Source: Porticoccaceae bacterium (GTDB lineage: Bacteria; Pseudomonadota; Gammaproteobacteria; Pseudomonadales; GM7GCV1). Taken from it: DNA of 59,451 bases. The DNA lies in contig JAYQPQ010000003.1 in assembly GCA_038145405.1 (NCBI GenBank), forward strand, positions 1 to 59,451. The letters are read 5' to 3'. Numbering within the stretch: the stretch's first letter is position 1; every line of letters starts with the position of its first letter. The notes below the pieces were generated by a model. It saw nothing but the letters and a program-made list of their open reading frames with translations. It was not told the DNA's origin and ran no database searches. This document shows positions 1 through 8,540 of this stretch, one piece after another. The translations under genes and the position numbers were made by a program.

Positions 1-366
1 GCTTCGCCCTATTGCAACTATGATGCGGCGCTCCATGTGGGTCGTTATCTTGCCGGTGATTGGGGTCAGACCCTCGAAATCAAGCGCCGCTTTGCCAATG
101 GCTGGGAGGTTGGCGCCTTTGCCACCTTCACCGATGTCTCGGCTGAAGACTTTGGCGAAGGCAGCTTTGATAAGGGCATTACCATTCGTATTCCGCTGGC
201 GGTACTGACTGGCGGAGGCGGGCGCGCAACAGCGATAGACACCACCATCCGACCGCTGACGCGTGACGGCGGACAGCGTCTGGATGCCTATGGCACGTCG
301 CTTTGGGATACGCTACGTTCGTCGACATACGACGAATTGACGCTTCCGGAAAGGACACTACCCTGA
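1..366 (+). CDS. YjbH/GfcD-family exopolysaccharide outer-membrane protein, C-terminal fragment (5' end lies outside the window)
   Basis: Frame 1 is open from nt 1 to TGA 364-366. The tail GWEVGAFATFTDVSAEDFGEGSFDKGITIRIPL resembles the conserved C-terminus of YjbH/GfcD proteins. The stop overlaps the next start (TGATG). Confidence 0.7.
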   Translation, partial: ASPYCNYDAALHVGRYLAGDWGQTLEIKRRFANGWEVGAFATFTDVSAEDFGEGSFDKGITIRIPLAVLTGGGGRATAIDTTIRPLTRDGGQRLDAYGTSLWDTLRSSTYDELTLPERTLP

Positions 367-932
367 TGGCACTGCTGCATAGACTGATTTTCGCCCTGGG
401 CTGCCTCGGTGTTCTGGCGGGGTGCACCTTTCATTCCACTCAGCTCGAATTTGTCCGGTCACTATTCGCCAAGCCGGAAATCTTGCCGGATCAGTTTTGG
501 GTGCTGCGCTTGCCCGATCAGAGCATTCCACTGGTGGCCTATTCCAGCGCTGAGCTACATACCTCCTTTGCCCGGGACGGCTTAAGCCTGAATTTTTATA
601 CATTGGAATTACAGACTGCCCTGGGCTGGCCCGAGGCGGGATCAGATATATGGGTGATGCACGATGGAAATCGGGCCACGCATAGGCTGGACGGTGAACA
701 AATTACCGTGGAGTGTGCGGACTGGGCCTATCTTGAAAGTGAACAGATGATGTATACCGACTGTGCAGCCACAGAAGTATTCGACTGGACTTATCGCAAG
801 GAGATCCAACTGCGCGGGGGGCGCATTGTGCGAATGCACTATGGACTCTGGCCAGGCTTATCGCCGATTGAGTTGATTTGGTTCCCGGTTTCCGGGGAAA
901 ATCCTTCACTGCTTGATGAGCTGATCCCATGA
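366..932 (+). CDS. Lipoprotein, possibly YjbF/GfcB-like (group-4-capsule-type lipoprotein)
   Basis: ATG at 366 gives MALLHRLIFALGCLGVLAGC, a signal peptide with an LAGC lipobox. It sits between a YjbH-like and a Wza-like gene and overlaps both (TGATG and ATGA). The family call rests on context and weak C-terminal resemblance only. Confidence 0.55.
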   Translation: MALLHRLIFALGCLGVLAGCTFHSTQLEFVRSLFAKPEILPDQFWVLRLPDQSIPLVAYSSAELHTSFARDGLSLNFYTLELQTALGWPEAGSDIWVMHDGNRATHRLDGEQITVECADWAYLESEQMMYTDCAATEVFDWTYRKEIQLRGGRIVRMHYGLWPGLSPIELIWFPVSGENPSLLDELIP

Positions 933-3517
933 CACGATTTCGACGGTTTCTCCTGCCGCTTCTCCTAGCTGCGCCCCCCGCGCTTTCTCAGTTGCCTGCT
1001 GGCATTACGCCTGAGATGGTGGCTCAGTTTCAACAAATGCGCCCCGCTGAGCAGCAAGTGATAGCCAGTCAGTTCGGTATTAGCTTAAACCAGTTGCAGG
1101 AGCGGATTGCTGGGATAGCCCTTCAATCTACTGGTATTGGCGAGGTTCAGACCATTCAGCCTCCCACCAAGCTGTCAAGCGAGGATCGCACACAGACAGC
1201 TTATGAGGATCAGAACGAAGAAGTCGTTGTTGCCAATGCCGACAGCTTTATGCAGCCGCTTCCGCTATTTGGCGCCGATATTTTTGATGCCGAGATCAGC
1301 ACCTTTGTGCCAGTCGATAATGCGCCTATCCCTACTGATTATATGCTCGGTCCTGGGGATGCCTTGGCCGTGCAACTCTATGGTAACCAGAATCAAAGTT
1401 TGAACTTGACCGTGGACCGCGAAGGCGTGGTCAATTTCCCTGATTTGGGTCCCATTAGTGTCGCCGGCTTGAGCTTCTCTGGGGCCCAGGAACTTCTGCT
1501 CAATCGCGTTAGCGAGGAAATGATTGGCGTGCGCGCGGCTATTTCCCTAGGGCGATTGCGGGCCATTAATATCTTTCTTGCGGGCGAAGCCGCTAACCCT
1601 GGCACTTATGCGGTGTCTGCATTGACGACCGTGACCCAAGCGCTGTTCGTTTCTGGAGGAATTAGCGACATTGGCTCTCTGCGCAATATTCAGATACGCC
1701 GAAATAATCAGACAGTGGGGACCTTTGATCTTTACGATCTGTTGATGCGAGGCGATGCCAGCAGTGATTTGCGTTTGCAGTCGGGCGACGTGGTCTTTAT
1801 CCCCACGGTGGGTCCGGTGGCGCAAATTGATGGCGCAGTGCGTAGACCGGCCGCTTTTGAATTGGCTAATGGCGAAACCTTAGCGGATCTGATCGCCATG
1901 GCCGGTGGGTTTCGTTCCAACGCCTATATTAGCGATGTATTGCGCCGTTCCTATTTAGTCGGCGGAACGCAGCAATTACGCAGCCTAAACCTTCATGAAA
2001 CATCAGCGGCCAGTATTTTACTGAGCGATGGCGACGGCTTTCTAGTTTCCGACTCTTCATCTTACATTAAAAATCGCATTACGGTGCATGGAGCGGTAAC
2101 ACGTCCCGGACCGCGCGGATGGGAAGTCGGAATGAGAATCTCTGATGTCTTCAACTCCGTGACTGAAGATCTTAACGCCAGTACTGTGGATTTGAATTAT
2201 TCCTTGATTGTGCGTATTAAGAACACGGATCGTCAAATCGAGGTCGTTCAGTTCAATCTGGGCGAGGCTATTAAGAATCCTGGTTCGCTTGCTGACCCCG
2301 AATTGCAGGCAGAGGACGAGCTGCTAGTTTTTGACCTGCCCGATGTAATGCGCTCTATGGAGATCGAGCAGGATCGCGAGCTCAGCTTATTAGACTTATT
2401 AGAATTAGAGGCAACTCAAGTTGAAACGGGTTCTAGTCGTACGGAATTGCTGGCACCGCTGATTGAAAAGTTGCGACTCCAGGCGGACCGGGAGGAATCG
2501 GTTCGTTTAGTCAACGTGCTGGGTAACGTGAAGGTTCCCGGCACCTATCCCTTGACAAGCAATATGACGGTTAGCCAGCTCATCTCGGCAGCTGGCGGAT
2601 TACAGGATAGCGCCGTGGATCAGGCTGAACTGCTGCGACTAAGCGAACAGGATGGAAACATTTTAGAGGTCGAAAAAATCGAGCTTGATCTCAATACTAG
2701 TGTGCCGAACCGATCGGATCTAGACTTCGTCTTGCTCAGCAGGGATACCCTGCTTATCCGCACTATCTCAGATTGGAATCTCGAAGAGCAAGTCACCATA
2801 ACCGGAGAAGTGCGCTTTCCTGGAGCATACACCATCGTACCAGGAGACACTATTGGTGACTTGTTGCGTCGAGCTGGCGGGTTGAAAGATGATGCTTTTA
2901 TCGAGGGCGCCGTCTTCACTCGGGATGTTCTCAAAGAGCGTGAAGCGGAGCAGGCTCGTCAGTTCGCTCGGCTTATCCGCGACAATTTTGCTGCTCGCAG
3001 TATGACGCAGGAATTAATTAATACTTCATTTAGCGAGATCAACGAGATTGCCAGCTATTTTGAGGATTATGAAGGTTCAGGGCGCATGGTCGTCGACTTG
3101 GATGGTATTATTGCCGGTGATCGATCGATTGATATCGAGCTGTTGTCGGGGGATGCTTTGCATTTGCCGCGCCGAACGGAAGCGGTTACCGTCGTGGGTG
3201 CTGTTTTCCATGAAGGATCCCACCGCTATAGCCCAACACTAACTGTCGAGGGCTACCTGGAGCTGTCTGGTGGATTGGTCCAACGCGCTCAATTTCGCGA
3301 CGTTTATGTGCTGAAAGCCGATGGGTCTGTGTTTATTCCTTCGAGAGAGCGCAGTCTATTGCGTTTTCCTGCTACCGATACCCTCTTAGGGCCGGGTGAT
3401 ACCATTGTGGCGCCTGTCGATACGGCTTATAAAGACCGCTGGGCTGTAATCAAAGACATCACCCAGATTGCTTATCAAGCTGGTGTGAGTCTCGCATCAA
3501 TCATGGCGGCGTTCTGA
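929..3517 (+). CDS. Polysaccharide export protein, Wza/Poly_export family with several SLBB-type repeats (862 aa)
   Basis: N-terminal signal peptide, then a Poly_export-like core (YMLGPGDALAVQLYGNQ...VDREGVVNFPDLGPISVAGLS). It is followed by repeated GDxxxVP / soluble-ligand-binding beta-grasp-like segments (SGDVVFIP, GDALHLP, PGDTIVAP). Confidence 0.85.
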   Translation: MTRFRRFLLPLLLAAPPALSQLPAGITPEMVAQFQQMRPAEQQVIASQFGISLNQLQERIAGIALQSTGIGEVQTIQPPTKLSSEDRTQTAYEDQNEEVVVANADSFMQPLPLFGADIFDAEISTFVPVDNAPIPTDYMLGPGDALAVQLYGNQNQSLNLTVDREGVVNFPDLGPISVAGLSFSGAQELLLNRVSEEMIGVRAAISLGRLRAINIFLAGEAANPGTYAVSALTTVTQALFVSGGISDIGSLRNIQIRRNNQTVGTFDLYDLLMRGDASSDLRLQSGDVVFIPTVGPVAQIDGAVRRPAAFELANGETLADLIAMAGGFRSNAYISDVLRRSYLVGGTQQLRSLNLHETSAASILLSDGDGFLVSDSSSYIKNRITVHGAVTRPGPRGWEVGMRISDVFNSVTEDLNASTVDLNYSLIVRIKNTDRQIEVVQFNLGEAIKNPGSLADPELQAEDELLVFDLPDVMRSMEIEQDRELSLLDLLELEATQVETGSSRTELLAPLIEKLRLQADREESVRLVNVLGNVKVPGTYPLTSNMTVSQLISAAGGLQDSAVDQAELLRLSEQDGNILEVEKIELDLNTSVPNRSDLDFVLLSRDTLLIRTISDWNLEEQVTITGEVRFPGAYTIVPGDTIGDLLRRAGGLKDDAFIEGAVFTRDVLKEREAEQARQFARLIRDNFAARSMTQELINTSFSEINEIASYFEDYEGSGRMVVDLDGIIAGDRSIDIELLSGDALHLPRRTEAVTVVGAVFHEGSHRYSPTLTVEGYLELSGGLVQRAQFRDVYVLKADGSVFIPSRERSLLRFPATDTLLGPGDTIVAPVDTAYKDRWAVIKDITQIAYQAGVSLASIMAAF

Positions 3518-4497
3518 TGAATATCGACAAAATTCCCGCTCCCGAATTGCGCGCTGATCCCAAATTGACGTTCTATGAAGACGAGATCGACTTGCGCGAA
3601 CTCTTTTTCACGCTGTGGGTTGCCAAGTGGCTGATTGTCGGTATTACGGCGGTTTTTGCAGTCTGCTCTGTATTGATTGCACTTTGGCTGCCTAATATCT
3701 ATCGCGCCGAAGCGCTGCTAGCGCCTGCAGTTGAGGAAGAATCCGCTGGGGGGCTGGCTAGCCTGGCCGGTCAGTTTGGGGGGTTGGCCTCGCTGGCGGG
3801 TATTAGCTTGGGTTCGTCCAGTGTCGATAAAACCACCTTGGCGATTGAAACCCTGCAGTCCCGTCAGTTCTTTGCCCGTTTTATCAATGAGCACGAGGTG
3901 CTTGTATCGCTCTTTGCCACCGAAAGCTGGAATCTGGCTTCGAATCAGCTAGAGCTGGATGATGAAATTTACGATGCCGGCTCGGCAGCCTGGGTTAGGG
4001 AGGTTGATCCACCCTTCACACCGGCGCCCTCGGTACAGGAGGCGCACGAGAAATTTAGGGAGGTGCTTTCGGTTTCGCAGGATGCCGAAAGTGGCTTGGT
4101 ACGCATAGCTATAGAGCACAAATCACCCTATGTAGCCGCCGACTGGGTGCGCTGGCTGGTGGAAGATGTGAATCGCTATATGCGCGAGGCCGATATTGCC
4201 GAAGCCCGGCGCTCGATAGAATTTCTGCAACAGCAGATTGCGACGACTCCCATTGCCGAGATGCATCAACTGCTCTATCAGCTGATTCAGGAGCAGACCA
4301 AGACCATTATGCTGGCCGAGGTGCGTCCGGAATACGTATTGAAAACGGTGGATCCGGCGGTAGCGCCGGAAGAAAAAGCCAAGCCCAGCCGCGCACTGAT
4401 CTGCATAATCGGCACCATGCTGGGCGGTATGCTGGCTTGCCTCTTTGTGCTGTTACGTAACGCGTTTCGACCCGAAGAAAAGGGAATTGCCACCTAG
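3517..4497 (+). CDS. Wzz-family polysaccharide chain-length determinant (no tyrosine-kinase domain)
   Basis: Start overlaps the wza-like stop (TGATG). The N-terminus DEIDLRELFFTLWVAKWLIVGITAVFAV carries TM1, followed by a long periplasmic coiled region and a C-terminal TM (ALICIIGTMLGGMLACLFVLL), the typical Wzz topology. At 326 aa it is too short to include a Wzc kinase. Confidence 0.8.
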   Translation: MNIDKIPAPELRADPKLTFYEDEIDLRELFFTLWVAKWLIVGITAVFAVCSVLIALWLPNIYRAEALLAPAVEEESAGGLASLAGQFGGLASLAGISLGSSSVDKTTLAIETLQSRQFFARFINEHEVLVSLFATESWNLASNQLELDDEIYDAGSAAWVREVDPPFTPAPSVQEAHEKFREVLSVSQDAESGLVRIAIEHKSPYVAADWVRWLVEDVNRYMREADIAEARRSIEFLQQQIATTPIAEMHQLLYQLIQEQTKTIMLAEVRPEYVLKTVDPAVAPEEKAKPSRALICIIGTMLGGMLACLFVLLRNAFRPEEKGIAT

Positions 4498-4529
4498 CCT
4501 GGCGGCTTCTCCTGCTGGCAGGAGAGCAG

Positions 4530-5429
4530 CTAAGTCTGCAATCCCTGTAAAAATTTCCGCAGTTCATCGCTCGTTTCCGGATGCGTTAATCCGGCAGCGA
4601 TATTGGCCTTGAGATAGCCCACCTTGTTGCCGCAGTCGTAGGTCGGTGACTCCATGCAATAGGCAGCCATGTCGGATGATTGCAGCAGGGTGTCCAGCGC
4701 ATCGGTCAGCTGAATCTCCCCACCCGCTCCCGGCTTCGTTGTTTTCAGAATGCCCATGATATTGGCTGGTAGCAGGTAACGGCCAATTACGGCCAAATTG
4801 GACGGTGCCGTTCCCAGTTTTGGCTTTTCCACCATGCCTTGAATAGCGGCACTCTGCCCCGGCTGGGGGTTGGCACCGTTGCAATCGACAATGCCATACA
4901 GCGAGGTCTGGCTCTCCGGCACCGGCTCCACCATGATCTGCGCGGCGCCGGTTTTGTTCCAGGCCTGCACCATGCGCTTGAGGTCACTTTCCTGCTGGTT
5001 TTGCGGCTGTATCACAATCACATCGGGCAGCATCACGCAAAAGGGTTCGTCGCGAACCAGTCCGGCCGCACAGAGCACGGCGTGACCCAGGCCGAGGGCC
5101 TTGGCCTGGCGCACCGATACCACATTGATATGGGAGGGAATCATCTCACTGACGGATTTCAGCACGTCCTTTTTGCCTTTGGCGGTCAGCATATGCTCCA
5201 GCTCAAAATTCACATCGAAGTGGTTTTCGATGGCTTCCTTACCCCAGCGGGTTACCAGAATAATTTCTTCAATGCCGGCGCTGACGGCTTCTTCCACCAC
5301 ATGCTGAATCACCGGCTTGTCGCCGACCGGCAGCAGCTCCTTGGGGATGGCCTTGGTGGCGGGCAGCATGCGCGTGCCCAGGCCGGCGACAGGAATTATG
5401 GCTTTGCGGATGGGTTTGATCGAAGTCAT
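4530..5429 (-). CDS. galU: UTP--glucose-1-phosphate uridylyltransferase
   Basis: N-terminus KAIIPVAGLGTRMLPATKAIPKELLPV... and VEKP motifs are typical of GalU; 299 aa. Confidence 0.93.
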   Translation of the reverse strand: MTSIKPIRKAIIPVAGLGTRMLPATKAIPKELLPVGDKPVIQHVVEEAVSAGIEEIILVTRWGKEAIENHFDVNFELEHMLTAKGKKDVLKSVSEMIPSHINVVSVRQAKALGLGHAVLCAAGLVRDEPFCVMLPDVIVIQPQNQQESDLKRMVQAWNKTGAAQIMVEPVPESQTSLYGIVDCNGANPQPGQSAAIQGMVEKPKLGTAPSNLAVIGRYLLPANIMGILKTTKPGAGGEIQLTDALDTLLQSSDMAAYCMESPTYDCGNKVGYLKANIAAGLTHPETSDELRKFLQGLQT

Positions 5430-5465
5430 ATGACAATTCTCGGATATGCGCGTGACACTTGAGTG

Positions 5466-6806
5466 TCAGGCCTGAATCAGGCCGGTGAGTTCCTGCACTT
5501 TTTCCTGCAGCAGATCCTCGTCGTGGCGGGTTTCGACATTCAGCCGCAACAGGGGTTCGGTATTGGACGCGCGCAGGTTAAAGCGCCACTTGGGGAAACT
5601 GAAGCTGATGCCATCTAGGCTATCCAGCGTGCCGCCCAGTTTCTGGTAGTGGCCCTGGATGCGCTCAATGACGGAATTAGCATCCTGTACCCGGAAATTA
5701 ATCTCGCCGCTGCATGGGAAGGCCCGAATACGTTCGTCGACCAGGTCCTTGAGTAGCTTTCCGGTGCGGCACATGAGTTCGGTGATCAGCAACCAGGGGA
5801 TCATGCCGCTGTCACAATAGGCAAAATCGCGGAAGTAGTGGTGGGCACTCATCTCGCCGCCATACGCTGCGTCCTTGTCGCGCATGATTTCCTTGATAAA
5901 GGCGTGTCCGCATTTGGACATGACGGCCTTGCCGCCGGCGTCCTTCACCATCTCCTGGGTGTTCCAGGTGAGGCGCGGATCGTGAATGATGGTGGCGCCG
6001 GGCGATTTGAGCAGGGCCATTTCGGCCAGCAAACCCACCAGGTAATAGCCCTCGATAAAGCGACCCTGGTGGTCGAAGAAGAAGCAGCGGTCGAAGTCAC
6101 CGTCCCAGGCGATGCCCAAATCGGCTTTGCGTGCAATCACGGCATCGGCCGTCATGCGCTGGTTTTCTTTCAACAGGGGGTTGGGTACACCGTTGGGGAA
6201 TTCGCCATCGGGCTCTTCGTTCAGGTAGATAAAGCGGAATGGCAGCCAGCGCTCCAGCCGCTTGATGACCAGGCCGGCCCCGCCGTTGCCTGGGTTCACC
6301 AGAATTTTCAGGGGTTTGAGCTGGTAGCGGTCGACGTACTTGAGCAGATGGCTGATGTAGTCGGATTTGTCCGGCTCGTGTTTAATTTTTCCCTGTTCTG
6401 AGGGGGCAGGGAAATGGCCGCGTTCGACCCGATCGCGAATATCAAACAGCCCGGTATCGCTGCTGATGGGGCGCGCCTGGTGCTTGACCAGCTTCATGCC
6501 GTTGTGGCCGCGCGGGTTATGGCTGGCGGTGACCATGATGCCGCCGTCCAGTTTGTGGTGGAGGGTCGCAAAATAGACCTCCTCGGTGCCGCACAGACCA
6601 ATGTTCATCACATCCGAGCCGCCATCGATCAATCCTTTCATTAAGGCTGTGGAGAGACTAGGGCTTTCATTGCGAATGTCGCAGCCAACGGCCACTTTGC
6701 GGGGATGGTAGAGCTCGCAGTAAGCGCGGCCGATCTTGTAGGCGATATCCTCGTTCAGTTCACCGGGTACGCGTCCGCGCAGGTCATAGGCTTTGAAAAG
6801 CGACAT
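5466..6806 (-). CDS. algC: Phosphomannomutase/phosphoglucomutase
   Basis: Alpha-D-phosphohexomutase signatures are present: active-site TASHNP, GDFDR and GGEMSAHHYF. 446 aa. Confidence 0.9.
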   Translation of the reverse strand: MSLFKAYDLRGRVPGELNEDIAYKIGRAYCELYHPRKVAVGCDIRNESPSLSTALMKGLIDGGSDVMNIGLCGTEEVYFATLHHKLDGGIMVTASHNPRGHNGMKLVKHQARPISSDTGLFDIRDRVERGHFPAPSEQGKIKHEPDKSDYISHLLKYVDRYQLKPLKILVNPGNGGAGLVIKRLERWLPFRFIYLNEEPDGEFPNGVPNPLLKENQRMTADAVIARKADLGIAWDGDFDRCFFFDHQGRFIEGYYLVGLLAEMALLKSPGATIIHDPRLTWNTQEMVKDAGGKAVMSKCGHAFIKEIMRDKDAAYGGEMSAHHYFRDFAYCDSGMIPWLLITELMCRTGKLLKDLVDERIRAFPCSGEINFRVQDANSVIERIQGHYQKLGGTLDSLDGISFSFPKWRFNLRASNTEPLLRLNVETRHDEDLLQEKVQELTGLIQA

Positions 6807-6920
6807 GCATCTCCGTGTTGTCGATTCGAGCTAGATCCGCGTTATTGTAGCGGAACGGACCGATAAAATGCCGCGCCTACGCGCCGTCGGAGGACTTTTC
6901 CTTTGACCCAAGCAAACGCA

Positions 6921-6948
6921 TTGATTGGGCCGATTGCGCCGGTATAAT
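6921..6948 (+). promoter_or_regulatory. Sigma70-type promoter for tRNA-Ser (TTGATT-16 nt-TATAAT)
   Basis: TTGATT at 6921-6926, a 16-nt spacer, and a perfect TATAAT at 6943-6948, 13 nt before the tRNA 5' end. Confidence 0.5.
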
Positions 6949-6961
6949 GCGTGGCTCCTTC

Positions 6962-7050
6962 GGAGGGGTGGCTGAGTGGTTGAAAGCACCGGTCTTGAAA
7001 ACCGACGAGCCCTCAAGGCTCCGTGGGTTCGAATCCCACCCCCTCCGCCA
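6962..7050 (+). tRNA. tRNA-Ser (anticodon UGA), CCA encoded
   Basis: The sequence GGAGGGG...CCCCTCC-G-CCA forms a 7-bp acceptor stem. The anticodon loop CT-TGA-AA, a long variable arm and the GGTTCGAATCC T-arm are all present. Confidence 0.95.
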
Positions 7051-7060
7051 TTTCATAAAA

Positions 7061-7086
7061 AGCCCCGCCATGTGCGGGCTTTTTTA
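7061..7086 (+). terminator. Rho-independent terminator after tRNA-Ser
   Basis: AGCCCCGC / GCGGGCT stem (one bulge) with a 5-nt loop, followed by a T-run at 7080-7085. Confidence 0.75.
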
Positions 7087-7226
7087 TGTCCCGATCCTGG
7101 AGCAAAGTGCGCGGAGTGTGCAGTCGACCACAGCATGACAGAGATTTAATCCGATAGGCGCCGCGGGAAGGCTGATAAGCCTATGAATAAAGGACTTTTC
7201 TTGCGATAGTGAAATGGAAGCTTCAA

Positions 7227-7673
7227 ATGCCCCGAGAAGTTATCAGTTGCCCTTTCTTTGACATGGTTCTATCCCCACCCGACTCTGCATCCATGCCCCA
7301 TCCGCTGCCTGTAAAAGACACCCTTTACTACGATGGTCTCTGCAGTTTATGTAGCAGGGAGATACGTACCTTGAAGCGCCTCCAGCGAGGTGGATTGGCC
7401 TTTGCTGATATCCACCAGCTGGTCCTGGATAGCACCCTGCCAACCCGGGAAGCGCTGCTTAAACTGCTCCACCTGCGCAAAGCGGATGGCCAGTGGGTGG
7501 TGGGGTTGGAAGCCAATGTCAGAGCTTGGTCGCATACCCGCTGGGGTTGGTTGTATTATCCATTGCTTTGGCCGGGATTGAACAGAGTGGCCCGCTCCAT
7601 TTACGGTCGTTGGGCAGAGCGACGCTATGAGCGTCTTTATGCCTGCAATGTCTGTATGGGAGGCGAAGATTGA
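7227..7673 (+). CDS. DCC-family (DUF393) thiol-disulfide oxidoreductase
   Basis: LYYDGLCSLCSREI carries the CxxC motif typical of the DCC family. The start is uncertain (GTG 7209, ATG 7227, 7263 or 7293). I chose 7227 because of GGAAG 7 nt upstream. Confidence 0.72.
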   Translation: MPREVISCPFFDMVLSPPDSASMPHPLPVKDTLYYDGLCSLCSREIRTLKRLQRGGLAFADIHQLVLDSTLPTREALLKLLHLRKADGQWVVGLEANVRAWSHTRWGWLYYPLLWPGLNRVARSIYGRWAERRYERLYACNVCMGGED

Positions 7674-8380
7674 ACGCTCTGGTAGTGGGTGGCAGTGGTG
7701 GGATTGGGCTAGCGCTCGTTAAGCAACTGCTTGTCGATGCGGAGTTGGAACAGGTCTTCGCCACCTGGTACCGTCATTTGCCTCGCGACATCGAACACCC
7801 GCGGCTCACCTGGATTCAGCTGGACGTTCAAAAAGAAGCTCAAGTAGCGCAGTTGGCCGAAAAGCTTCCCAGGCTGGATCTGCTCATTAATACAGTGGGG
7901 ATGCTTCATACCCCAGAACATGGCCCGGAAAAAACGCTGCGCAATTTTGACCCGGATTTCTTTCTCGAAAATATACGCACCAATACGCTACCAAGCCTGC
8001 TTCTAGCCAAGCATTTCGCCACCCATTTGCGCCATTCATCACCCTCGACCTTTGCCGTTCTATCGGCGAAGGTCGGCAGCATCAGTGACAACCGGCTGGG
8101 CGGGTGGATAAGCTATCGATCCTCAAAAGCTGCGCTCAATATGGCACTCAAAACCTTGGCCGTGGAATGGCGCCAACGCGTGCCTAATTGTTCAATTGCC
8201 GCACTGCATCCCGGAACAGTGGCCACCTCTTTGTCGCAGCCATTTCAAGCCAATGTTCCCAGCGAAAAGCTTTTCAGTGCGGAATACGCCGCCAGCTGCC
8301 TGCTCCGGGTCATCGGCGGATTGTCCCCTGCCAACAGCGGAAAATTATGGAGCTGGGATGGCACTGTCCTGCCGTGGTGA
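7670..8380 (+). CDS. Short-chain dehydrogenase/reductase (SDR) family oxidoreductase
   Basis: TTG start overlaps the upstream stop. It has the Rossmann motif VVGGSGGIGLAL, plus NTVG and the catalytic YRSSKAALN. Confidence 0.85.
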   Translation: MNALVVGGSGGIGLALVKQLLVDAELEQVFATWYRHLPRDIEHPRLTWIQLDVQKEAQVAQLAEKLPRLDLLINTVGMLHTPEHGPEKTLRNFDPDFFLENIRTNTLPSLLLAKHFATHLRHSSPSTFAVLSAKVGSISDNRLGGWISYRSSKAALNMALKTLAVEWRQRVPNCSIAALHPGTVATSLSQPFQANVPSEKLFSAEYAASCLLRVIGGLSPANSGKLWSWDGTVLPW

Positions 8381-8497
8381 CCACTGACCACCGGCAAGGA
8401 TGTTGAGCATCTTTCCTTCCAGTCGTCGGACATTACGATCGTTTGCCACTCATTGGCGTGAGGGTTGGGGAAGATCATTTATCCGAATAGCCACCTA

Positions 8498-8527
8498 TAA
8501 AAAAGGGAGCCGAAGCTCCCTTTTTTA
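8498..8527. terminator. Bidirectional intrinsic terminator between the SDR gene (+) and rne (-)
   Basis: GGGAGC-CGAA-GCTCCC hairpin at 8505-8520, flanked by an A-run upstream and a T-run downstream. Confidence 0.7.
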
Positions 8528-8540
8528 TTCACTCAGCTGA

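Noticed and set aside
6843-6855. An identical 13-mer TATTGTAGCGGAA (minus-strand TTCCGCTACAATA, containing a TACAAT -10-like box) upstream of both algC (6843-6855) and the HD-GYP gene (56503-56515), oriented toward each gene. A related CCGCTACAAT lies upstream of mlaA (about 34601-34610).
   Set aside because: It is attractive as a shared promoter or operator. However, tens of exact 13-mer repeats are expected by chance in 59 kb, the expectation within the roughly 5 kb of intergenic DNA is still about 0.3-0.4, and no common -35 or extended symmetry accompanies it. I mention it only as a weak lead.
6962-7300. The possibility of a genomic island inserted at tRNA-Ser or tRNA-Ala.
   Set aside because: Both tRNAs are followed by ordinary housekeeping-type genes of normal composition. 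No integrase, direct repeat of the tRNA 3' end or mobility gene is present in the window.
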